A DNA stretch of 64,000 bases from Candidatus Versatilivorator sp. (GTDB lineage Bacteria; Acidobacteriota; Terriglobia; Versatilivoradales; Versatilivoraceae), in assembly GCA_965207735.1 (NCBI GenBank), contig OZ242296.1, positions 1,408,001 through 1,472,000 of the forward strand, read 5' to 3'. The notes below the pieces were generated by a model that saw only the letters and a list, made by a program, of their open reading frames with translations, ran no database searches and was not told the DNA's origin. Positions 39,933 to 48,341 of this stretch are shown in pieces. The translations under genes and the position numbers were made by a program. Position 1 is the stretch's first letter. Each line of letters begins with the position of its first letter.

Positions 39933-42626
39933 TCAGCCGGGGCGATCCGGGACCGGGACCCGACCGAAATGCGGGGCCTGCAGCTTCACCTCCAGGCGCA
40001 GGCGTTCCAGGATCCGAGTCATCCTGAAGCCATCCACGATTTTCTCTCCATCGCCGGTCTGGACGTAAAACACGTCAAAGGCATAGTCCCTCTCGGTGGC
40101 CAGTTTGGCGGAGATGATATTGAGACCCAGGTCCGCCAGAATTCCGGCAATTCGGTAACTCAAACCCCAGCTATCCCGGGCCTGCACTTCAATGACCGTG
40201 CTGTGGGCGGAGATGTCGTTGTCGATGCGCACTCGGGGAGCCACGGCCAGGCCGGCGCCGCCCCGCTCTTCACGAGACTTGAAGCGCTGCCCGCGCAGCA
40301 GGTCGTCCAGGCGAGTCGTTCCCAGGATGATTTCGGCGAGCACCTGGTCCACCCGGCGGCGCCCCGCCTCGTCGATCAGCAGATGGCTGCCCAGATCGCT
40401 TACGTGGAAGGTATCGATCACGATGCCGTCCTCTCGGGTATTGAGTTGGGCGCTCAACGACCGGATGCCCAAGGCCGTCAGGGTTCCGGTTATCTGGGCA
40501 AAACGCCCGGGCAGATCGCGGGTGGAGAGGTGGAGTTCGTAGTAACCGGCATCCGGGTTGGCAACCCACTCACTCGCCAAGGGCTCTTCCTTGAGATTTT
40601 CGCAGAGACGAATGTGGGTCACGATTTGGGGAAGGGGCGTGTAGAGCGCATATTTCTCGGGCAGGAGAGAAAAATGGTGCAGCACCGAGTCTACCGACAG
40701 ATCGCCCGCCAGTTGCTCCAGGACGCCGCGCTGAATCTCGGCGACCCGGGCGTGTTCGGCCCCGCTGAGATCCTGACCGAACATGAGACGGTCCATGACT
40801 CTGAAATACAAGGACCACAACAGGAAGCGGTTTCTTTCCGACCAGGCAGTCTCATCCACCGAGGTCAAGTCCGCAAAGGTATGCAGCAACAGCATGTTCA
40901 GATTGTCGGTGGTCTCCACGGCCGCGCTGACCTCCTGGACGATCTGGGGATCATCCAGGTCTCTCCGTTGCGATACATGGGCCAGTAGGGTCTGCTCTCC
41001 CACCAGCATCAGGACTTTGTCCCGGTCTTCGGGCGACACACCGAGGCGCTGCAAGGCGCGAACCGCCATGGGCTGGCCGTTACCGGAGGGTCGATCCGGC
41101 CCGCTCGAGCCGGTCTCATGCAAGAGCAGACCCAGGTAGAGGATCGAAGGGTCCTCCACCTGCTCCAGCAAGCCTCGATAATCCTTGAGGCCGGGGTCGG
41201 TCGAGTTGGCCACCTGGTCCAGGCGATCCACGGCCCGCAGCGTGTGCTCATCGACCGAATACCTGCGGCCTCGGGCAATGCCGGGAAGACAGTCCAGGCG
41301 ACCGTACTCCGGCAGGTAGCGGGCCAGGAATCCGAGGTCACGCATTCGTCGCAGCGTCGATCCCACCTTTCCGCTGTTCTTGAGGATGCCCCGGAAGTCG
41401 GCGTGCATGGCAGGAATCCGCCAATGGCGAGCCTGCCAAAGGTGGAGCCGGGACTGCAGCCGTGAAACCATCCGGGGCTGGATGATCTCGGGCTCCATTT
41501 GACTCAGGCGAAAAATCTTCATCCAGCGTTGAGGCGTTTCCTCGTCGCTTCCCTGTTCCGGTTGATCAACCAACCGGAGATATTGGGACCTGAAGACTTC
41601 GCTTCCCTTCAAAAGGGTCGCCTTGTTGCGCTCCAGGCACTCCTCAAAGACAGCCAGCAGCTTCCTTTTCCGCCTCAGGGTGTCTCTCACCAGCAATTCC
41701 AGCGCCGGAAGACGACGAGAATCGTGAAATCCCAGGAAACGGGCCGTTCGAACACCGGACTCGCCCAACAGATCCGACTGAGGTTCCCCCGCCAGAAAAT
41801 GCAGATGGGTCTGAATCTGCAGCAGACGTTCCCGAATTGCCAGAAGCTGCGTCCACTCCCTGGGCGTAATCCCTCCCTTTTTCAGGATCCGGAGAGGGTC
41901 GTCGGTTCCGGCAAGCAGTCTCAGGGACTGCAACAGCGCTCGGCAGCACCACAAACCGCCCGGCCCCGATTCCAGCCCGCCGTTCAGGGCATAGACACTC
42001 CCTACCCCGCCTCCCACCATCTGCCGGTAGTATCCCTCGAGGTCGGAAAGGAAGACCACCGGCTTCTTGACCAGAGTCGACCGGAGCCGCTGGTGCAAAT
42101 CGGATCCCACCGACCCGGTCCCACCCACCCAACGAGAGGACAACAGCTCCAGGCAGAAGCCCATGTCCGACTGAGATCGGCGCAGGCACTCGCGGGAGCT
42201 GAGATGAACGATTTCGCCGTGGATCCCCATGTCCGCCATCCGGGACCGCGTTGCCTCCACGATCCGGCTTGTCTCTCCATCCCGGACCGATCCGGTCATC
42301 AACAACCGGGCCGGGGAAAATGGAGTCAATTCCAGACTGCCGTAAGCGCCCAGAGCCAGCCAACAGGACCTCGCGGTCTGGTCGGGTCGGCCGGGAACCC
42401 TGAGAGAGCTCGGCATCAGCAGGGACTGCAAGCTCAGGTCAATCAAGCGGCAGTGTTCGGCTGCCAGATCCGGAGCCGGCAATCCGCTGAAGTGGCGCCA
42501 TCGCAGCCGCGCCATTCCCCGCCGATAGAAGCGGTCCGGTCGGGTTGGCAGCCGTTCACTGCCCGAGTTGTCCGGTTTCGGCAGATTCATCCAAGCCCCC
42601 GAAACGCCTGAATTGGATTCGTTCAT
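39933..42626 (-). CDS. GlnD-like protein (NT-HD-ACT-ACT architecture) with degenerate catalytic motifs
   Basis: GFLARYLPEY, YSVDEHTL and two ACT domains (TRDLPGRFAQI; RIDNDIS..STVIEV..DVFYV) mark it as GlnD family. NT motif reads GAYGSLELTPFSPARLL and HD reads LLHET. Start uncertain. Confidence 0.75.
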   Translation of the reverse strand: MNESNSGVSGAWMNLPKPDNSGSERLPTRPDRFYRRGMARLRWRHFSGLPAPDLAAEHCRLIDLSLQSLLMPSSLRVPGRPDQTARSCWLALGAYGSLELTPFSPARLLMTGSVRDGETSRIVEATRSRMADMGIHGEIVHLSSRECLRRSQSDMGFCLELLSSRWVGGTGSVGSDLHQRLRSTLVKKPVVFLSDLEGYYRQMVGGGVGSVYALNGGLESGPGGLWCCRALLQSLRLLAGTDDPLRILKKGGITPREWTQLLAIRERLLQIQTHLHFLAGEPQSDLLGESGVRTARFLGFHDSRRLPALELLVRDTLRRKRKLLAVFEECLERNKATLLKGSEVFRSQYLRLVDQPEQGSDEETPQRWMKIFRLSQMEPEIIQPRMVSRLQSRLHLWQARHWRIPAMHADFRGILKNSGKVGSTLRRMRDLGFLARYLPEYGRLDCLPGIARGRRYSVDEHTLRAVDRLDQVANSTDPGLKDYRGLLEQVEDPSILYLGLLLHETGSSGPDRPSGNGQPMAVRALQRLGVSPEDRDKVLMLVGEQTLLAHVSQRRDLDDPQIVQEVSAAVETTDNLNMLLLHTFADLTSVDETAWSERNRFLLWSLYFRVMDRLMFGQDLSGAEHARVAEIQRGVLEQLAGDLSVDSVLHHFSLLPEKYALYTPLPQIVTHIRLCENLKEEPLASEWVANPDAGYYELHLSTRDLPGRFAQITGTLTALGIRSLSAQLNTREDGIVIDTFHVSDLGSHLLIDEAGRRRVDQVLAEIILGTTRLDDLLRGQRFKSREERGGAGLAVAPRVRIDNDISAHSTVIEVQARDSWGLSYRIAGILADLGLNIISAKLATERDYAFDVFYVQTGDGEKIVDGFRMTRILERLRLEVKLQAPHFGRVPVPDRPG

Positions 42627-43087
42627 CTTGGTGATTGAGCAAAAATAAACCAGTCGGACGGTAAGGTAAACCGAAAACAGGCCCGGGGCGGGGTGTTTGT
42701 CCCCCACCAGCTCGACTGCGGGCTCCGCTAACGGGACGCCGCGTTGGCCCTTCTCCGGATCGACTGCTGGCTGCGCCCTCCCTCCGGAGAACGCCCTCTC
42801 ATTGCCCATCGACCCCCTTGGAGACATGCTAAGCCCCACACAAGAAGACTAGCCCGCATTTCTCACCAGAGTTCGCACAGGAGCGGTAAAAGGGGCCATG
42901 GAGGCATTTGAGGCCGAGTTTAACAACGTTGGTGGCTGGATCGGTAGGCAAAGGCCAACAGCGGAGGCTTCTGAGGCTCTCCGAGGAACCTCAGGCGGCA
43001 TTTTCCCTCGAAAACAGCGACACCTCTGCCATCGGGCCTGGTGGCCGCGTCTTCAAGGGCCAGGAGTGACGGTCGGGTCAGGGCACC

Positions 43088-44455
43088 TCAGGGCGGCAGG
43101 TGAGCCCAAGCGATGCGGAACTCCCTCTGGTAAGGACATCCGGAAGCCATGGCGACCTTGATGCGACGGACCGAGATGGTGACCTGAGCGCCGATCTTGA
43201 GCAGTTTGAGTCTGATGGAACCGACGGTGGCCCGGGCCAGGCAGGTGGATTGCAGCGCCCGCCGGCGCAAGCCCTCCACCAGCACATAGGCGAAAGAGGT
43301 CATCAGGAGCCGGAGCTGATTCGCCCGGAAGGAGTGGGTGGAGGTGCGATCGGCAAACAGGTCGAGTTGCTGCTCCTTGATGCGGTTTTCCATCTCACCG
43401 CGGGCACAGTAGATCTTCTCATAGAGGAACTGGGCGGGGTAGTCCTGGACCGACAGAGAGGTGACGACGAAGCGGGGGTTGGGGCCGCGGGGCAGGACCT
43501 CGGCTTTGGCGACCAGGCGGCGCTCGTGGGACCAGCTCTTGTGAGTGCGGTAGGAGAGGTCGGTGAAGATCCGGGCGGGCTGCTGTTGCTGGTCTGAGAG
43601 GGCCTGGGCCTGAGCCAACTCGGGGGCGATGGCGTCTTGGAGGCGGGAGTTGCGGGCCAGGCCGAAGAGATAGTCGACCTGATGCTGCTCACACCACCCC
43701 ATCAGCTCCTCACGGGCAAAGCCGGAGTCGGCCCGCAGCAGGATCTTGACCTGAGGCCAGACACGCCGTAGGCGGGAGACGATGCGCTGGACCTGCTCCA
43801 GAGCGCCGGCGGAGGCATCGATGTTGGCGGGTCTGAGCAGGGCCGAGAGCAGATGGCGGCCCGAGAAGATGTAGAGGGGCAGGTAGCAGTAGCCTCGGTA
43901 GTAGCCGTGGAAGAAGCGGTCCTCTTGTTCCCCGTGGAGGGGATCGTCAGTGGCGTCGAGGTCGAGGATGATCTCATCGGGGGGTTGGGGATGGGCTTGC
44001 AGAAACAGTTTCACCAGGAGGGCTTGCAAGGCCTCGGGGTCGTGGTCAATCTTGTGGTAGCGGGTGGGGCCTTGGGTGGGGGCGTGTTCGAGTCGGTTGA
44101 GGGTGCTCTTGCCTGCCAGGGGAGGCGAGTCGCCACGACGGCCTTTCTCTGAAAACAAGGCCATGAGGGGATCGTGACGGAGTTGGTCGTGGTCGATGAG
44201 ATCCTCGTAGCCGAGGGCGATGCCACGGATGCGCTGAGCGATGAGGGTGCGCAGGCTGTATTGGGTCCGCTTGGGGTCGCGGTGATCGGTGAAACAGTCG
44301 GCCACCTGGTCGGAGAGAGATAAGCCCCGATCCACCCGGCGCAACAGCAGGGAGCCGGCATCGGAAGTGATGGGACCGCCGTCGAAATCAGCCACCACGC
44401 GGCGGCGGCCGTGGGGTTCAAACTCCAGGGGTTTGGTGTTACACTGTGTCGGCAT
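43088..44455 (-). CDS. IS1380-family DDE transposase
   Basis: FDGGPITSDAG, GYED..DH, LDLDATDD, HGYY, LRADSGF, YCARGEMENRIKEQ, ANQLRL, LLKIGA. Confidence 0.95.
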   Translation of the reverse strand: MPTQCNTKPLEFEPHGRRRVVADFDGGPITSDAGSLLLRRVDRGLSLSDQVADCFTDHRDPKRTQYSLRTLIAQRIRGIALGYEDLIDHDQLRHDPLMALFSEKGRRGDSPPLAGKSTLNRLEHAPTQGPTRYHKIDHDPEALQALLVKLFLQAHPQPPDEIILDLDATDDPLHGEQEDRFFHGYYRGYCYLPLYIFSGRHLLSALLRPANIDASAGALEQVQRIVSRLRRVWPQVKILLRADSGFAREELMGWCEQHQVDYLFGLARNSRLQDAIAPELAQAQALSDQQQQPARIFTDLSYRTHKSWSHERRLVAKAEVLPRGPNPRFVVTSLSVQDYPAQFLYEKIYCARGEMENRIKEQQLDLFADRTSTHSFRANQLRLLMTSFAYVLVEGLRRRALQSTCLARATVGSIRLKLLKIGAQVTISVRRIKVAMASGCPYQREFRIAWAHLPP

Positions 44456-44524
44456 CGGTTCTCCTTTAAGAATCTGGTTAACTCCTTAGACAAGAGTATT
44501 TTACCAGATTCCGAGAACCGATGC
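44452..44524 (-). promoter_or_regulatory. Fold-back hairpin sequestering the transposase RBS and start codon
   Basis: GCATCGGTTCTC (44452-44463) pairs with GAGAACCGATGC (44513-44524); inner GAATCTGGT pairs with ACCAGATTC. Confidence 0.65.
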
Positions 44525-44556
44525 TTCCTACCTCTGGTGAGAAATGCGGGCTAGCC

Positions 44557-44606
44557 GTGTAAACCATGTTCCCGGTTTACTGTGTAAACCATGTTCGGCT
44601 TGCACA
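44557..44606. mobile_element. Orphan transposon end (IS481-like)
   Basis: GTGTAAACCATGTTC direct repeat at 44557 and 44582 (25-bp period), followed by a terminal ..ACA. Confidence 0.5.
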
Positions 44607-44746
44607 CAGAAGCCGAGCCGAATGGCGAAGGCTGATGCGGTGGGGGGCCGACGCCGAGGCCCCAGCCAGGGGTCGCCCCCAGCCCAAGGCCGTCAGGAGT
44701 CGCAGAAGCCGAGCCGAATGGCGACAGCTGATGCAGTTGGGGGGAC
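44607..44746. repeat. Imperfect ~96-bp-period direct repeat (CAGAAGCCGAGCCGAATGGCGA..GCTGATGC..GGGGGG)
   Basis: 22-bp identical core at 44607 and 44703. Confidence 0.8.
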
Positions 44747-44798
44747 TGGCGGCCGACATCTCAAAGAGCCGACGTGCACTCTCCGGGGAGACCCCGTT

Positions 44799-44827
44799 TT
44801 GACCCGCTCAAGGCCGTTCTGTATAAT
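44799..44827 (+). promoter_or_regulatory. sigma70-type promoter of aroA
   Basis: TTGACC-N17-TATAAT. Confidence 0.65.
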
Positions 44828-44882
44828 TCCCCACTTTCCGTCTCACCCCTTCCCACAATCCGGACCCCTCTGCTGACCACTG

Positions 44883-46169
44883 ATGAAAATCACCATCAGA
44901 CCCTCAAGCCGGATCCGGGGCCGAGTGGAGCTTCCCGGCGACAAATCGATCTCCCACCGGCTGGCCATGCTGGGCGCAATCGCCAAAGGGAAAACGGTCA
45001 TCCGGGGTTTTTCCGGCAGCGCCGACTGTACCAGCACCTTGAGCTGCCTCCGGCAACTAGGGGTCGGCATTGAATCGCCGCGGCCGGGCCATGTGGTGAT
45101 CAGGGGGCGCGGGCTTCGCGGCCTGGAAGCTTCCGAGCACTTCCTGGACGCCGGCAATTCCGGATCGACCCTCCGAATGCTGTCGGGCATATTGGCGGGT
45201 CAGCACTTCTCGACAACCATTTCAGGAGACCCTTCCCTGAGGCGGCGCCCCATGCGGCGCATCATCGATCCCCTGTCCCAAATGGGGGCCGAAATACAGG
45301 CAGGCCCGGACAACACGCCTCCCCTCTCCATCAGGGGCGGAGACCTCCAGGCCATCGATTACCCCATGCCCGTGGCCAGCGCCCAGGTGAAGTCGGCCAT
45401 CCTGCTGGCCGGACTCTACGCCTCCGGAACGACCCGCGTGGTCGAACCGCTGGCCAGCCGCGATCATACCGAAATAGCCCTTCGACAATTCGGCGTCGGC
45501 CTGCAGGTATCGGGGAAAGCATTGCAGATTCGAGGGGGTCAGCAGCCCCTGGCGCAGGCGGCTGCCGTTCCCGGAGACCTCTCCTCGGCCGCCTTCCTCA
45601 TCGCAGCCACTCTGCTGCTGCCGAACTCGGAAACACTCATCCCGGGGGTGGGGTTGAACCAGAGGCGCCGGGCCTTGGTGGACGTTCTGATCGGGATGGG
45701 CGCCGCCATCGACGTCATCGAGGAATACCCGCTCCACGGAGAGCTGGCCGGCGACCTTCGAATCCGCTCTTCCTATCTGCGCGGCGGGAGCTTGTCCGGA
45801 GCACTGATCCCGCAGTTGATCGATGAGATTCCCATTCTGGCCGTGCTGGCGCCCCGCACTCAAGAGGGCATCCACATCAGGGACGCCGCCGAGCTGCGGG
45901 TCAAGGAGAGCGACCGGATTCAAAGCATTGTGGAGAACCTGCGCGCGATGGGGGTGGCGGTAGAGGAGTACCCGGACGGGATGTCGATTCCGGGCCGCCA
46001 ATCGTTGCGGGGAGGCCTGGTTGACTCTCACGACGACCATCGCATCGCCATGGCTTTCAGCATCGCCGGCCTGGTGGCCGACGGACCCACGGTGATTGGG
46101 AATGCCGACTGTGTGTCCATCTCCTTTCCCGGGTTTTACGACCTCCTGGCCCGATTGACCCAAGCCTGA
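44883..46169 (+). CDS. aroA: EPSP synthase (class II)
   Basis: PGDKSISHR, GNSGSTLR, SAQVKSA, IDEIP, ELRVKESDR, DHRIAM. Confidence 0.97.
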   Translation: MKITIRPSSRIRGRVELPGDKSISHRLAMLGAIAKGKTVIRGFSGSADCTSTLSCLRQLGVGIESPRPGHVVIRGRGLRGLEASEHFLDAGNSGSTLRMLSGILAGQHFSTTISGDPSLRRRPMRRIIDPLSQMGAEIQAGPDNTPPLSIRGGDLQAIDYPMPVASAQVKSAILLAGLYASGTTRVVEPLASRDHTEIALRQFGVGLQVSGKALQIRGGQQPLAQAAAVPGDLSSAAFLIAATLLLPNSETLIPGVGLNQRRRALVDVLIGMGAAIDVIEEYPLHGELAGDLRIRSSYLRGGSLSGALIPQLIDEIPILAVLAPRTQEGIHIRDAAELRVKESDRIQSIVENLRAMGVAVEEYPDGMSIPGRQSLRGGLVDSHDDHRIAMAFSIAGLVADGPTVIGNADCVSISFPGFYDLLARLTQA

Positions 46170-46183
46170 CAACCAGATAACCC

Positions 46184-46226
46184 TTGACATGCAGACATTT
46201 GTCTGCTAAATATTCTCTTTTTGTTC
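46184..46226 (+). promoter_or_regulatory. imuA promoter with putative LexA box and a spacer palindrome
   Basis: TTGACA at 46184; GCAGACAtTTGTCTGC palindrome at 46191-46206; ATTC-N7-GTTC at 46212-46226. Confidence 0.6.
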
Positions 46227-46276
46227 CCTTTTTACGACTGCCTCTGAAGTACAGAGGGGTAGCCCCAGGAGAATAC

Positions 46277-46912
46277 ATGTCGGCTTTGCAGGCCAGTATC
46301 GCAAGGGACTTGCGGTCTCGACTCAAGGGAGCGGCAACGGAACCCCGAGGGGAAACACCGCTCTGGTCGCGAATGCAGTTGGCCGGACGCCTGTGCGAAC
46401 TTTCCTCCATTCCCGGATCCGCCCTGCTGACGGCTGCCTTCCGCCTGGTGCTGGACGCGCAGACGGAGGGTGAACCGGTGGCCTGGATTGCAGCGACGCC
46501 GGACACCTTCTTTCCCCCGGATGCCGCTGACAACGGTGTGGACCTGAACGCCCTGGTGGTGATTCGCGTGCCTGGCGCCCAGGCAGCGGCGCGCTCGGCA
46601 GACCGGCTCTTGCGGTCGGGCGCCTTCGGCCTGATCGTGATGGATCTGAACGCCAACCCCACCATTTCCATCCCCCTGCAGGCACGCCTGGTCCAGCAGG
46701 CGCGGACTCACGACACCGCCCTTCTCTGCCTGACTTCCAAAGCCCGGAACGCTCCTTCGCTGGGATCGCTGGTCTCTCTGAGAGGGCAAACCTCCTGCCG
46801 GCGCCTGGGAGCCGATCGCTTCCGGTACGACATCGAATTCCTGAAGGACAGACGCCATGGACCGGGTTGGCGCCACACCGAGATCTGCCGTGGACCGGAC
46901 GGCCTGCATTAA
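46277..46912 (+). CDS. imuA: ImuA-like RecA-fold mutasome accessory protein
   Basis: GRLCELS, FFPPDAA..GVDL, ADRLLRSGAFGLIVMD; first gene of the cassette; SD AGGAG. Confidence 0.8.
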   Translation: MSALQASIARDLRSRLKGAATEPRGETPLWSRMQLAGRLCELSSIPGSALLTAAFRLVLDAQTEGEPVAWIAATPDTFFPPDAADNGVDLNALVVIRVPGAQAAARSADRLLRSGAFGLIVMDLNANPTISIPLQARLVQQARTHDTALLCLTSKARNAPSLGSLVSLRGQTSCRRLGADRFRYDIEFLKDRRHGPGWRHTEICRGPDGLH

Positions 46913-48332
46913 CATCCGGGCGCTGCCGCTGCAACTCCTGCTGAGGAGACATCCGGAGTGGAAGCAGCGGCCGGTGGCCGTGGTAGAGCAAGAAAAGCCT
47001 CAAAGCCCCCTCCTGTGGGTGAACGCCCCAGCCGGTCGGGCCGGCATCCGGTCGGGGATGCGCTACGCCTCCGCCCTTTCGCTGGACCGGGACCTGTGCG
47101 CCGGGACCGTTTCGGAGCAGGAAATCCGGGAGGCCGTCCGGCAGGTCCATCAACTGCTGGACCGCTTCAGTCCCCGGGTTGAGCCCTGTGAGGATGAGCC
47201 CGGCATCTTCTGGGCCGACGCCGGCGGACTCGACAAGCTCTACAGGACTCTCCAGGACTGGGCCCGGCAGATTGAACTCCACCTCTCCCGGCTGGAGTTT
47301 TCGGCCGGCATCGTCATCGGCTTCAGTCGTTTCGGCAGCTATGCCCTGGCCAAGGCAGAGAGGCTGGTGACGGTACTTCCCTCCCCCGAGGCGGAGCAGG
47401 CCCAAAGCCGCCAGGTAAGCCTGCTGCATCTGCAACTCGATCCCAGGCTGCGCGACCGGCTGGAGAAGCTGGCGATTCACACCCTGGAAGACCTGCTGCG
47501 GCTTCCCGAAGCCGGCATCCAACGCCACCTTGGCGAGCAGGCCCGCAACCTCCGTCGTCTGGCCTCGGGTGAGCTGTCGCGGCCGCTCCAGCCCCGAAGC
47601 ATCCCCCAGCCTCTCCACGCCCGCATGGACCTGAACGAGCCCGACCCTAATGCCCAGAGGCTGCTTTTCCGGATCAAGCAGTTGCTGGACCCCCTGTTGC
47701 GGGCGGCAGCGGAACGATACCAGGCGGCGGCAGCCCTCCAGTTGCAGCTTCGGCTGGAGAACGGAACCCGTCACCGTCAGCGCATCCAGCCGGCCCGGCC
47801 GACCCTGGAAGTTTCGGTCCTGCTGGACCTGGTCCGGTTGCGCCTGGAGAGGGTCTCCTTGTGCGCTCCTCTGCTGGAACTGTGCCTGGAGGTGGAAGCC
47901 GTCTGCGTCTCCGCCGAGACGCGGAATCTGCTGCAGCGCACCCCCCGCCGCAATGCCGAAGCGGCCCTGCAAGCCCTGGCCCGGGTGCGGGCCGAGTTCG
48001 GGCCCGATTCGGTGCTTTCGGCCCGGCTCAAACCGGGACATCTGCCCGAAGCCCGCTGGGAGTGGCAACCCCTCCACGGACTCACTCCAGCCACTCCCCG
48101 GCCGGGCCCCATCCGCCCCCTGGTACGCCGGGCCCATGCCCGTCCCAAGCTTCTCGACTGGAAGAGACCTCCGGGCCTGGAGCCTCTGCTCGGGTATCTG
48201 ATCAGTGGAGGATGGTGGAATCGGGAGGTTCGAAGAGACTATCGGTTCGTCAACACCAACCGGAGAGAGGTGCTCTGGGTCTATTACGATCCACAAGGAC
48301 GTCGCTGGTACTCCCAGGGCCGCGTGGAGTGA
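46857..48332 (+). CDS. imuB: ImuB inactive Y-family polymerase
   Basis: VNAPA..AGIRSGM, FSPRVE..EPG, C-terminal GGWW..RDY; lies between imuA and dnaE2. Confidence 0.85.
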   Translation: MDRVGATPRSAVDRTACINIRALPLQLLLRRHPEWKQRPVAVVEQEKPQSPLLWVNAPAGRAGIRSGMRYASALSLDRDLCAGTVSEQEIREAVRQVHQLLDRFSPRVEPCEDEPGIFWADAGGLDKLYRTLQDWARQIELHLSRLEFSAGIVIGFSRFGSYALAKAERLVTVLPSPEAEQAQSRQVSLLHLQLDPRLRDRLEKLAIHTLEDLLRLPEAGIQRHLGEQARNLRRLASGELSRPLQPRSIPQPLHARMDLNEPDPNAQRLLFRIKQLLDPLLRAAAERYQAAAALQLQLRLENGTRHRQRIQPARPTLEVSVLLDLVRLRLERVSLCAPLLELCLEVEAVCVSAETRNLLQRTPRRNAEAALQALARVRAEFGPDSVLSARLKPGHLPEARWEWQPLHGLTPATPRPGPIRPLVRRAHARPKLLDWKRPPGLEPLLGYLISGGWWNREVRRDYRFVNTNRREVLWVYYDPQGRRWYSQGRVE

Positions 48333-48341
48333 ACGCAAACC

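Larger units (their letters stand above)
42853..44550 (-). mobile_element. IS1380-family insertion sequence (1698 bp)
   Basis: Perfect 19-bp terminal IRs CCCGCATTTCTCACCAGAG; CTAG on both flanks (42849-42852, 44551-44554); single transposase ORF. Confidence 0.93.

Noticed and set aside
44557-44760. Repeats as a CRISPR array
   Set aside because: Only two units of each repeat, unsuitable spacing, and no cas genes.
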